Of a stretch of 64,000 nt of DNA, positions 54,362-64,000 are shown one piece after another. How positions within the stretch are numbered: the stretch's first letter is position 1; every line of letters starts with the position of its first letter. Source of the DNA: Cyanidioschyzon merolae. Lineage: Eukaryota. Both the position numbers and the translations under genes were made by a program. The DNA is taken from NCBI GenBank assembly GCA_000091205.1, contig AP006499.2; one strand, written 5' to 3'. The notes under the pieces were generated by a model. The model saw only the letters and a program-made list of their open reading frames with translations. It did no database searches and was not told the origin of the DNA.

Positions 54362-56030
54362 GCCGAAGTGTAGACTCCTTTTCGGACTCTGCTCGAGGCA
54401 CAATACTCCTAAACGAGGAGGTCACAGATAATCCGCGTGCGAACATTCCCGGCCTCGGCGGCTGCGTCCGATCGGCGAAGAGGAAATCCCTTAAATAGGC
54501 GAAGGTAAATTCCATATTACATGGCGCGTCCAACTTTAGCCCATTTTCCGCCGTAGAAAGACGCAGGATCGAGCCAGGCTCATTCGAATACGCAAATGCA
54601 GCCGGGAACCACAGAAGAGGCCTCGAATGCTCTCCAGATGCTTCAAAGCTCCATGAGCCGAAGCGCAGACTTCCCGTTGGTCGTCCTGGTTCGATCAGTC
54701 TTACGATGCTTGTCCTCTGGGAGACGCACCAACCGTCAATGGTTGTTTCGGCGCTTGAAGCCGCAATGCCATACTCGTCGTGTGGAAACAGAGCGCTTTT
54801 CGTCTTCCTGACGGAAGCCTGCCTGAGACTTGCACCCATCTGTGAAGTCAACGAAGCGACTTCGAGCCGCACCAGTTGAAGTTGCCCGCAGGAGGAAGCG
54901 GAGGATACCACACGCCCAAACGTTTAGCGTTCAGAGGTCCGTAACGAGGCATGAACTCTGGATACACCTTGAGCATATCGCAGCTGCCGGGCACAGTTGC
55001 TGGTGCTGGTTCGGACAAAACGAGCGATGACGCTGGACGCGTGGCTCGCCGTTTACGAGGATCAAAACTGAACATGTGTTGGCGAGGGGCGTTAACCATG
55101 TGCGAACCCGCGTACCCTGATCTTCCGAGACTCGCGATGCCCCAGCTTAGCCAGGCGCACTCCGTCGCCCATGTTCCCGAAATAGTGTCGCATGCGGGCG
55201 TCTCTTTGGTCTCTGAGATCGGAGGAGTCTAATTGCGTGCGAGGATAATCGACAGGGATGTGGCTTCAGATCAAGTGCCAACGAGCGGCAAGCTCCAGTT
55301 AAGAGACGAATCTTCATGAGCGCCGAGCCGACTGCCACGGACATGTAGCACCGCTTTGCAAACAGAGGGATAATCGGGAATGATGCTCTTGTGCACAGAA
55401 TTCTCTATCGTGCAACGATACCGCTAATGGTGTTGCGAATACGACCATGGTCAGTCGCTTCTGCTCTGGAGACCGAAGCTCAGGCCCGCGCTTCGTGCGG
55501 CAAACCCTCGTCTGCCGAACGATACACTGTCCTGAGCTCATTGGAAGTATCGGTGGCGTCGCAGCAGAGCTGGGTAGAATCTCGTGCATGTCGGGCGGGG
55601 AGCGGGCCTCATCAAACGGATCCAGGAAACACCAACAATGGACATGATTGTCCCTATACTCAATCTAGATGGACGCGGATGCATGCGATGACGCGTGATT
55701 CGCAGACATAAACTGGAATGTCATAAGACATAAATATACAAAACTACCAAGAGTCCGAGAGCGCGCTTCTGCGCCCCGTAGCGCTAGACGCAACGTGCGG
55801 CACATATTCGAACGCGGTTGCGCTTTCGGACACGTATCCACCAGGTGTGCCCGAGAGATCCTGCGTACTTCTTTTGTCGCAAACAGAGCGAAGAAGCGTC
55901 TACTGTCACCGAAGGCACGCAGTTGGCGGAACCTGGTGTGCAAGCGTCAGCGTGCTGTCACTCTTGGACCAGAGAAGCAGTGCTGTTGACGAGCGCTGGT
56001 GTTTCGGGGTCACCTGCTCCGGGAGCCGCC

Positions 56031-59000
56031 ATGTCGGCGGCTGTGCACTACAAGTTCCGCTCTGCGAAACACTTTGGTCGGGTGCAGTTTGAGGGGGACT
56101 TTATTCAGCTCGCAGAGCTAAAAGTAGCCATTGTGGAGCAAGAAAAACTGCAGTTTGGCGAGGACTTTGACTTACAAGTAGTTGACGCACAAACCCAGGA
56201 AGAGTACTACGACGAAGAAACCTTGATACCGAAGAACACTTCGGTTATCGTGAAACGAGTGCCTGCTGGCCAGAAGCAGGGCATATTGAGTCAGATCGCA
56301 CTCGCAAGGAAAAATGAGCGCTTCGCTGAGATTCTCGACCGCTCAACCGGCGGCACGGGTGCCACAGCGGGCGCTATTGCTGCAGCTGCACGGCAGGTGC
56401 TTGCTGGCAACCTGGGACCCAGCACAACCGCGAACACAGGCATGACGGGCAGTGAACCTGTCCGGCTCCGTCGAGGTGACGAAGACACGCGCCTTGCCTC
56501 CGTGGCCCTCGCAGCTGGCGCAGGAGACTCGGGCCCGAATCCACGAAACATCCAGCGTCCAGGCGGCCGCGTAACGGCCTCGGGAGCGATGGATGGGCCA
56601 CCGCCGGGTGCGCAGCCACCGCCAGGTTATATCTGTCACCGCTGCGGAGAGCCAGGCCATTATATCCAACACTGCACGGCAAACCTGGAAGGCGATGTGA
56701 ATATCATTCGTGTGAAGCGACCAACTGGCATTCCGCGGAGCATGCTAAAAACGATTGATGCACCTGTAGATGGAGGGACCGAGCTTCAGCTTCCAGGTGG
56801 TAAATTCGTGACCCTAGCCACAGACGATCGTGAGTTCAGCAAAGAACCCCTGGCGGTGCGAATGGCGCGCCTTGCGGAAGCACGAGCGGGGGCACGCGAG
56901 GACAATACCATCGCTTCCGACGTTACGACGATACAAGGATCCGAGACGAAGCAACCAGTGCCCATGGATAAAAAGGAATCGGAAACAACTCGTCGCCAAG
57001 TTGCTGCTTCCGATGCGCCATCGGAGAGCGCGGCGTCATCGCCGCGAGGCTCCACGCCAACAGACTCGGTGGAAAACGCTCAGCTGTTACCAGCAGATAT
57101 ACGCCCCGATTTACCCTACTTCCCGTTACCAGGAATGGATCAGAAGGAACATTTCTTTGGGACAGGCGAACTGCCCACCGCGCGTGAGTTCCAGGAAGTA
57201 ATCTGGGGTATTATTTTGATGAATAGGGATCAGCATCCAGAACTTGGGCATGACATGGAGACGGGAACTCAACGCGATGTGACGCGGGATTCGGCGGCAG
57301 CGCTCCAGCCTGAGCCCAGATCCATGGAAAGCGCTGAAGCGCCGAGCACGACAAATGAGCGTGCTGTATCAGCACAGCCGCGGCCGCGGATGACTGCTTC
57401 TGCAGAAGGAGAAAGCTACCAGGAGCGCCGGCCGCAGGCGCACGAACGAAAGACACCCACGCATGTGCAGGATGTATCCAAGCGTTCTCCAACATCTGAA
57501 GCACAAAACGTACCCGAACGAGGCGACAGAGATCCCGACAAATCAGCGCCTCGAAGTGGAAGCGTCGCCAATGCGCGTCCGATACCCTCCAGCTTCAAAT
57601 CCACAGAGACCGCGAATCATCATCTAGACGCAGAAAGGCCAAGACCAGGGCGTCGATCGTCGGCGCTCCAGGTGACGTCGATGGAACCCTCAGGTGCACC
57701 ATTTGGCGAAATCGAGTACTCGCGTGTGTCGACCAAGAATCAGCGCTTGCTACCGCCGGATCGGAAGGCTACTGAAAGCGCTCAAGCAACAGCCCCGAAC
57801 TACGGAAATTCATTGCCGAGGAAACAAGCTGCCTTTGCCCGCAGTGGAAAGATGACTGGGAATACCACGAGACCGGGGCTGCCTCTTGCGCCGCTCCAAA
57901 CGCAGCAGCAGCAGCAGCACCAGCAGCAGCAGCAGCACCAGCAGCGACAGACGCATGTGCAACGCTTTCAGGCTGCAAACCAACACGGCAACGAGGCAGC
58001 GAGCGTGGATAAACAGCACCCCTTGGACAGAGGTCAGCATGCCATGCAGAGAACGGAGCCTGCGCGAGAACGTCGACAACCTACTGTTGCAGCCGCCGAC
58101 AGGAATGCGGTATCGCGAGGCGTTCCGACTTCGAGGGCGACCTCTTCTGGTGTCACAGCAACGGGCTCTACCGCGCCCGTTCGTACCAAAATGCCGCCAC
58201 GAATGCCGCATCAGAGACCAGATGAGGATACGCTGGGTCACAGGCATCATGCAGCGTCGGACACGGAGCAAAAACCTGCCCAGTTGAACGCAAACCTCTC
58301 TCAGCCGCAACCGCTGAGCGTGTCGCGTGCTCGAGAGCGATCAGGTCTGGGAAAAAGCGCTCGGCACTCGCCGGCACCCGTGGCACCTGCTCTGCATGGA
58401 ACAACCCGAAAGCACCCGCGGGCTAGCGACTCGTCACCAGGAACCGAGACGCGCGACTCAAGACCGATTCCAGTTTTTGCTCGTCTGGGCACGAGAGCAG
58501 AAGCTGCAGCGTCTACGCGCGCCCCAGCCTCTGTGCCCCAGCGGAGCACTACCGGGAGCATCGGGTCCGCGGAACGGAGGACGGTGCCGCCAGCGCATCC
58601 GCCTCCTGCAGACGCGTCGCAGCTCAAAGGCAAAAACTCCTCCCCGATGAATCAACAAGGCGAATATCTACACCGAGCGAGTGTACGCGCACCACCAAAG
58701 GTTCCGGAAAAGCGTCCGGCAGCGACAGCAGCTGTTGGCGACGACAAGCGCTCCCGGAACACGCCGAGCTCAGCCGAGCGGGCCGCCGCTAACGTCTTTG
58801 AACGATTAGGACCAGCGATACCGGTGCCTCCTCGTCTTGCTGGGCGTATTTCGAGCGGAAAAGTCAGCGACGGTGAACGCGGAGCGAACGCCTCTACCGG
58901 TGCATCTGGTGTGGTCGCCAACGACGCCTCGAAAACGAAAACGAACCTACGGGCAGTGCACGCGAAGCAGAGCGTCCCTATGACACAGCAAAAAACACCC

Positions 59001-59072
59001 GTGCCGACATATTCCTCGAGTGAAACAGGTTCAAGTCGTGCCCGGAACAGGGCTGCAAACTTGCCGTGGTAA
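56031..59072 (+). CDS. RBBP6/Mpe1-like protein. It has an N-terminal DWNN ubiquitin-like domain, a CCHC zinc knuckle, and a ~850-aa disordered tail with poly-Gln. No RING recognised
   Basis: The ORF opens at 55818, but the product starts at ATG 56031. MSAAVHYKFRSAKHFGRVQFEGDFIQLAELKVAIVEQEKLQFGEDFDLQVVDAQTQEEYYDEETLIPKNTSVIVKRVPA is colinear with the RBBP6 DWNN domain (MSCVHYKFSSKLNYDTVTFDGLHISLCDLKKQIMGREKL...DLQITNAQTKEEYTDDNALIPKNSSVIVRRIP). The zinc knuckle is CHRCGEPGHYIQHC. The remainder is S/P/R/A/Q-rich with QTQQQQQHQQQQQHQQRQ from the (CAG)n tract at 57897-57950. Confidence 0.7.
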   Translation: MSAAVHYKFRSAKHFGRVQFEGDFIQLAELKVAIVEQEKLQFGEDFDLQVVDAQTQEEYYDEETLIPKNTSVIVKRVPAGQKQGILSQIALARKNERFAEILDRSTGGTGATAGAIAAAARQVLAGNLGPSTTANTGMTGSEPVRLRRGDEDTRLASVALAAGAGDSGPNPRNIQRPGGRVTASGAMDGPPPGAQPPPGYICHRCGEPGHYIQHCTANLEGDVNIIRVKRPTGIPRSMLKTIDAPVDGGTELQLPGGKFVTLATDDREFSKEPLAVRMARLAEARAGAREDNTIASDVTTIQGSETKQPVPMDKKESETTRRQVAASDAPSESAASSPRGSTPTDSVENAQLLPADIRPDLPYFPLPGMDQKEHFFGTGELPTAREFQEVIWGIILMNRDQHPELGHDMETGTQRDVTRDSAAALQPEPRSMESAEAPSTTNERAVSAQPRPRMTASAEGESYQERRPQAHERKTPTHVQDVSKRSPTSEAQNVPERGDRDPDKSAPRSGSVANARPIPSSFKSTETANHHLDAERPRPGRRSSALQVTSMEPSGAPFGEIEYSRVSTKNQRLLPPDRKATESAQATAPNYGNSLPRKQAAFARSGKMTGNTTRPGLPLAPLQTQQQQQHQQQQQHQQRQTHVQRFQAANQHGNEAASVDKQHPLDRGQHAMQRTEPARERRQPTVAAADRNAVSRGVPTSRATSSGVTATGSTAPVRTKMPPRMPHQRPDEDTLGHRHHAASDTEQKPAQLNANLSQPQPLSVSRARERSGLGKSARHSPAPVAPALHGTTRKHPRASDSSPGTETRDSRPIPVFARLGTRAEAAASTRAPASVPQRSTTGSIGSAERRTVPPAHPPPADASQLKGKNSSPMNQQGEYLHRASVRAPPKVPEKRPAATAAVGDDKRSRNTPSSAERAAANVFERLGPAIPVPPRLAGRISSGKVSDGERGANASTGASGVVANDASKTKTNLRAVHAKQSVPMTQQKTPVPTYSSSETGSSRARNRAANLPW

Positions 59073-59149
59073 ACACAGCAACTGAATATGTTGGCGATGG
59101 TGTACCAGGAAGCGAAAACGTATCGCGAACATGGGGTAAATGAATATCC

Positions 59150-60070
59150 ACCCGGAGACATGTGCCTGCCTTTTTCGACCGGGCTCCTGCTGTCGGCTTT
59201 CGTTTTCTCCTTGCACACTTCGAACATCAGAGGCGGTGCGACGAAGTTAGGTTTCGTCAGCTCTGCGTGTCTCGTCTTGAGCGCTGCACATCTCCTGATA
59301 TTGATAGCAGCGTTGAAGTCTCGGTTCGCAGACTCCATGCGTGCAGTGCCTCTGGAGCTACTCACTCATGCAAGGAATGGTACAACTCGCGCCCTGTGTG
59401 CCACTACAGTCTCGTGATCGTCTCGTCGATGAAACACCTTTGCTCTCCGATTTCCCCTCATCTTCATCGTCAGTTGCTCTTCTTCGCTCGACGGTCGCAC
59501 AGAAGAGGATGTTTTCCGGTTTTATCGGATAGCCAGCGATGTCGGTCCTTCAGAATCCCCGAATTCCATGCTCATACCTTTCCCTTCTATTTTTATTTCT
59601 TCAAAAAAACACAGTTGTTTATGCCCTCAGATGAGGACCCTCCCGGAAGGAGACGGTCTTGCAGAAGAACGACGAAATGTGCCCTGGTATCACCGTGTGG
59701 TGAACGCTTCAGCGCTTGGCGCAGTGGCGCAATCACTAGGTTTCGTCATAGAAACGCCTGCTCTTCATAGGACTGAACCACCGAATGTACGGAGGAATAA
59801 AAAGCCGCTCTACCCTGACAGAATCAGCGATAGATCGAACGCAAGTGGAATGGAGAAATACCACAATATCCAACGGAAAGACGTCGTCAGACCTCAGGGA
59901 AAAGTCTTCAATTGTTCGATAAAATGGTTCGTGCTGTTGTATGAGCCTTCTCTACGAGCGAAACTGAGGTCGCCGAATGGTTCCACTCCCGCACGAACAG
60001 GTGGTGTCCTTGTTATCTACGAATTCGTTCGTTGAGAATATCAGTTTTTGGCGCTGATCGCATACGCTTC
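59150..60070 (-). mobile_element. degenerate Fanzor/TnpB-like element, copy C. It has an internal deletion and an in-frame stop, and abuts or overlaps the 3' end of the RBBP6-like gene
   Basis: Reverse-strand translation of 59520->59300 in one frame gives ...MKMRGNRRAKVFHRRDDHETVVAHRARVVPFLA*VSSSRGTARMESANRDFNAAINIRRCAALKTRHAELTKPNFVAPPLMFEVCKEKTKADSRS. A TGA interrupts the conserved block (the ORF-track 'M' at 59365 is the GTG that follows it). Upstream fragments in other frames (59880-60070) align with the N-terminal region of copy A (FVREWNHSATSVSLVEKAHTTARTILS ~ FVGEMASHRRKNKDSVIRAAIKEHRAVLG; VFPLDIVVFLHSTCVRSIA ~ [19 protein letters not shown]). The RuvC-I/II region is missing, a deletion of about 500 nt relative to copy A. 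Confidence 0.6.
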
Positions 60071-60761
60071 TTTCTTTCAGTATTCCTCAACTACCTGAGT
60101 TCGTATGGTATGGCTGACGTAAATGATGCATGCAGTCCTCCTTGCACTATTCAGTAAAAATATATCTCTGATAGACGATTCAATTACGATCCACACAGTA
60201 CATTGCATCGTGAGTCCGATCTCCTGCTCTGCACTGCGAAAAAAGCATTCGTTGACACGCAGGAACGTCGGAACGGAATTGACTTGAACAAATTCGCAGC
60301 TGAACATCAGCACCGATGCGCTGAGGTGAAGTGCCGCACAATGCAAAGTCGAGTGTCAGCGCTTGGCAGACGCAGTACTAGCTGCCGCAACGACCACAGG
60401 TTCTCGAGTTCGTGTCTGTGTGTCTGTGTGTGTGTGTCGGTAACCGTGACGTTCGAAACCTTCCGGAACACGCTCGCCGCAACGTGTTTCGAGTTCGTCG
60501 TCCCGTACTGACGTTTTCTGACGACAGAGTAGCGAGCTGGCGTTGACGTTTTGTTCGTGCCGTTTGGAAAGCGGCACCGGAAGCCGAGCCTTCCCCACGA
60601 CGCCCAGTTCCGCTGCGTGTTGTTGCGGTTCCGCGTAGCAGCTCGTTGAACGAGAAAACTGGGGTAGGGGCGCGTCAACGAGCACAGAGGTGGGTCAGGT
60701 TTCGCTTGTGAATAGCCGCACGCAGCCTGCACAACGTCTGCAGGTCGAGTGAACCGTCATT

Positions 60762-61646
60762 ATGGCTCATGAACCGTTAGAACCTACTGTAATCCAAGAG
60801 GATCATACAGTGAGCGTTCCTGTCGCGGAACAAGTGACACTGCGAGTTTTACCAGAGTGGGAGCAGATCTTTCCACCACCGACACTACGCTCTGCGAAAG
60901 AGAGCGACGCGCTCTCCGCCCTGGCTTCGATTCGTCTCTGTGTCTCCTTGGATAGCACTATCTCCGACCTTGAGGAGCAAGTCAGGCGCGCATATCTCCC
61001 CCGCTGCTGTGCGTGCCTGTCGCTTCCTGAAGAGCGCATCCATGAGGCCCTCGAGAGCGCACACATCCGCTATACCGCATCTGTATTAGATCCGCAGTGT
61101 ACACTCCGAGCGCTCCGTTTGGCATCTGGGACCACGCTACGGTGGTTACGAATCCATGACCCGGAATCGCCAGAGGCATCCGCGGCAGCGGTGCAGTTGC
61201 AGACAAGCGCTCCGCAGCAGCGGCGACGAAGAACAACCGTTCAGCGCTTGGAGCCGAATACTGGCTTGACCAGCGGCGGCGCTCGTGTTCTCGTATTTGG
61301 AGAGCACTTTCCCCCGGTAGCCAGAGTTCGTTTTGGACGGGTGGTGGTGAGCGCAAACCGCATCTCTGCGCAGTGCCTATCGTGTATAGCCCCAGCACAT
61401 GAGCCGGGTGTAGTTTGCGTCGAGGTAAGTACCAGGGCGACGACTGCTTCGGAGCAGGATGCGTGGACGCATGATCGCGTCACCTATACTTATGTGGGAT
61501 ACGAACGTCTGTCCATGATCCTTGCGGTGCATGCCGCGGAACGAAGAGCCGCTACCGCCCTCACTGAGACCCAGTCGCCGTGCAGAAGCTCGAGCGAACC
61601 CCTCTCCTGGCTGCGTCGCGACCCCGACGATGAAGACCGTCGTTGA
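60762..61646 (+). CDS. hypothetical protein with a C-terminal IPT/TIG-like beta-sandwich segment
   Basis: 294 aa, ATG start. VQRLEPNTGLTSGGARVLVFGEHFPPVARVRFGRVVVSANRISAQCLSCIAPAHEPGVVCVEVS matches the IPT/TIG pattern (I..i.P..G...GGT.i.I.G.nF......V.FG..........l.C..P....G.V.v.V). Assignment is tentative. Confidence 0.35.
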   Translation: MAHEPLEPTVIQEDHTVSVPVAEQVTLRVLPEWEQIFPPPTLRSAKESDALSALASIRLCVSLDSTISDLEEQVRRAYLPRCCACLSLPEERIHEALESAHIRYTASVLDPQCTLRALRLASGTTLRWLRIHDPESPEASAAAVQLQTSAPQQRRRRTTVQRLEPNTGLTSGGARVLVFGEHFPPVARVRFGRVVVSANRISAQCLSCIAPAHEPGVVCVEVSTRATTASEQDAWTHDRVTYTYVGYERLSMILAVHAAERRAATALTETQSPCRSSSEPLSWLRRDPDDEDRR

Positions 61647-63497
61647 GCTACCCGGAACTGTGCATTTTCTCTCCACATGAGTCTCGGATGTGTACACGTC
61701 TCACCGGTAATGAGATCTAGATCTCCAGGTCCGAGCGCAAATACTAGCCGCATCCAAGCGAAGTAGTCGACGCGTAATGTTTACGAAAGGCGCATGCATT
61801 CATTCGTTCGCTAACGCATGGGCCGGTCGAGTCGCTATAGATCTGGGAGGCTTGCGTTTTCTCTGCAAATATCCAGAAATTCCATGATACCTGTGTTACC
61901 CGCGCGGGCATCTCCTGTGGTAGCGGTACGTGCTTGGCCGTATCGCGCCGCAGACAAGTTGCACAATCGAAAGCAGACTCAGGCAAACTGATCCAAACGA
62001 CACGAGGATCATCGACAGGGTAGTGCCGGGCGTTGGCCGCATCCCTGTTACGGAAATCGGTACCTGGTTCTGCCCAGTATCGAGTGCTGGACAGGTGCGT
62101 CTGGTAGACACGGACGTTTCTCTCGACAAAGCGCTGCAATCATACATCGGCAGTGATGTCGAAAGCGTAAACCACGCACACCACCGTCTGGCGCGGTGGT
62201 ATGGCGAAATCACGTTCAATGACAGAGACGTTACTGCGGGTGCTTCGTGCGTTGAACGCTCTCCGGGCATGTTTCTCGAGACAGCAAACAAGTCGATGTC
62301 GTATGCACGGGGCGCAGTGCTGGAGCTGCTGGTGCCAGCACCTGAACGGAACACACAAACGATTCGTTTCCATTTTGCACTGGGCAGACGCTGGGCTGCA
62401 GGTGCCATAAAAGTGACTGTGCAGTAATGGCAAGCACGCGTCCCGACTGCAGGGTGTGTGCTGTGCATGGGACACGGCCTTGTTCCATGTTCCCGGATGA
62501 ACAATTTAAAACCAGTTCCGATTCGTGTCTCTTGTGGTGTCCCGAAGCCGGAGATGCGACTCCGCCGAACATACGTCACCCACGGAAATTTTGCAGTGAG
62601 AATGCTCCTATGCTACGCAGTCGCTGCACTGTGGCCGCTGCAACGCTTCAACCAAGTGATGCCGCATACCGGCACCCTGAACACTTCCAGAAGCTTGAAC
62701 CTGATGCATATCTGTCCAGGTGGATGCGGATGTACGTTGCCTGGTCCATTACCTGGCACCCTCGACAACGTGTTCGCCCTGAGCCGCTCCATTTCGCATC
62801 CATAGTAGCTGGTAGTGCGCTTAGGCACCCATGAATATGTTCCCTGAAGACAGCGCGGTGCGGGAAAGCACACGTGCCTACCATACGGGCGTCTGTTTTG
62901 ATCAGCCATACCTTAGAGGTAAACAGGAAGCCACTTGGTGTTCAGTGCTGGTGCTCACGGTGAGCGGCACCCGTGCTCTTTTTTCATCATGCATGCCCCA
63001 GGGATTCTAGTTGTACGAGGCCACCTCACACGTGGGGTGTCTGTTTCGTGGCGAAATGGTGTTTACCTTGACCGTGTATATGGTAGCGTATGGTTCTGCG
63101 GTTGCCGCCGGCGATGCCCAACGTCAAAAACGCTTGCAGCAGCAGAGAACGGTTTTTTCGCGACTTGCTCCCAGGACCAAAGGCACTCGAAGACGTACCG
63201 TAGACGGCAGCGATGATCACGCGAAACCACGGCATCAGGAAGCGTAGGTGTAGGGTTGCCAGTGTCCGGGCGAGCGCTTTGGACTTGAAACCTGCATCTG
63301 CTCATGAACGTAACCGTTCGCTATGAAACAATGCAACAGGATTCCTCGGCAAATTCCAAGTCGGACTGGTGGCATAGCACACGTTCTTGGAGCGAGAAGC
63401 GTGTCCTCGGAACAATGCTGCTGTTGTTGTTGATGATGATACGCTTGCAAACCTCGTTGCAGACCTGGACGATTTGCTTGCGCTACTAACGAGCTCT

Positions 63498-64000
63498 TTA
63501 CGAATCCTTTTGTAGACGCTGCTTGGCGGCGCTGGCATGCGCGTCCAACCGCTCTGCAGCGGCAATTTTCTCAGCAGCTGCGGCGACTTCCCGCGCTGTC
63601 GACTTGTCCAAAGCAATAACGCTGGTGATTTTCACAAAATCCCATACGTTGATGGGGCTCGCATAACGGGCACTACCACCGGTCGGCATCACATGACTCG
63701 GGCCGGCCACATAGTCGCCGAGAACCTCACCAGAACTCTCTCCGACAAAAATGCCACCGGCGTGATGGATCCGAGAGACCAGGTCCCACGGCTGGTTGAC
63801 ACTCAAGGAGACGTGTTCTGCAGCAAAGTCGCTGCAGAGCTTCGCACATGCTTCGAGATCATCGCACACGACGAGTCCGCCCTGGCGTTGAATCGCGTGC
63901 TGGGCACGCTGCCTTGCAGCAGCCGTCGGTAACGAAGCAAGTTGTCGATGGAGCGCTTCGCGAACCTTTTCAGCAAACGTCCGCGTTGGCGTCAAGAGGA
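63498..64000 (-). CDS. histidinol dehydrogenase (HisD), C-terminal portion. The 5' part lies beyond the window end
   Basis: Minus-strand ORF open to the window edge. ...VVCDDLEACAKLCSDFAAEHVSLSVNQPWDLVSRIHHAGGIFVGESSGEVLGDYVAGPSHVMPTGGSARYASPINVWDFVKITSVIALDKS...ERLDAHASAAKQRL matches the HisD C-terminal zinc/substrate-binding region (IAPEHL...NAGAIFLG..SPE..GDY.AGPNHVLPT.G.ARF.S.L.V.DF.K...). Confidence 0.7.
   Translation of the reverse strand, partial: LLTPTRTFAEKVREALHRQLASLPTAAARQRAQHAIQRQGGLVVCDDLEACAKLCSDFAAEHVSLSVNQPWDLVSRIHHAGGIFVGESSGEVLGDYVAGPSHVMPTGGSARYASPINVWDFVKITSVIALDKSTAREVAAAAEKIAAAERLDAHASAAKQRLQKDS

Noticed and set aside
58652-59365. 237-aa minus-strand ORF listed in the track
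   Set aside because: Its 'M' is a GTG that immediately follows a TGA. Only the first ~70 aa (RuvC-III block and tail of copy C) are meaningful. The remaining ~165 aa are the antisense of the RBBP6-like CDS.

Overview
The window reads as a eukaryotic nuclear segment of roughly 55% GC. The host genes are conserved eukaryotic housekeeping genes in single uninterrupted ORFs and mixed orientations, about one gene per 3 kb. The recognisable ones are ARF1, ribosomal protein L6e, IMP4/Brix, CPSF2 (CPSF-100), RBBP6/Mpe1-like, FANCL, an HMCES/SRAP protein, a CGFS glutaredoxin, acetylornithine aminotransferase, PGM2-like phosphomutase, a Coq6/UbiH-type monooxygenase, maspardin, an inositol-polyphosphate kinase, an ApbE-like flavin transferase and the 3' end of histidinol dehydrogenase. 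This fits a compact, intron-poor unicellular eukaryote (a Cyanidioschyzon-like red alga is one candidate, not verifiable from here). The ORF track shows an M for GTG or TTG at the first codon of several ORFs (checked: FANCL 833, Coq6 26877, IMP4 33756, ORF 30657, ORF 38854, ORF 47543), so I moved those starts to the first in-frame ATG. The main result is in the intergenic space. Four mutually diverged, decayed copies of a Fanzor/TnpB-like (IS200/IS605 OrfB, RuvC-fold) gene lie at about 9.5-11.5 kb (+), 27.2-29.3 kb (-), 37.5-38.8 kb (-) and 59.15-60.07 kb (-), with a weak fifth remnant near 43.6 kb. Each carries the diagnostic RuvC-III block (R-M-E-F-A-N-K-D-F-N-A-A-I-N-I-R-C-A-x-L...NF) and/or the RuvC-I block (V-D-P-G-x-N-N). 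Every copy also has frame breaks, an in-frame stop or a substituted catalytic Asp, so none is functional as it stands. A second, unrelated repeat family (R) is present as two 99%-identical 1.36-kb direct copies 17 kb apart (6243-7598 and 23336-24691). Two further copies at about 75% identity (about 36.4-37.3 kb inverted, and about 42.9-43.5 kb) sit directly against Fanzor-like 3' ends. A 230-bp segment is shared between 29.7 kb and 48.2 kb. GC-rich alternating purine-pyrimidine microsatellites recur at three loci. No rRNA, tRNA, CRISPR or prokaryotic operon structure was found.
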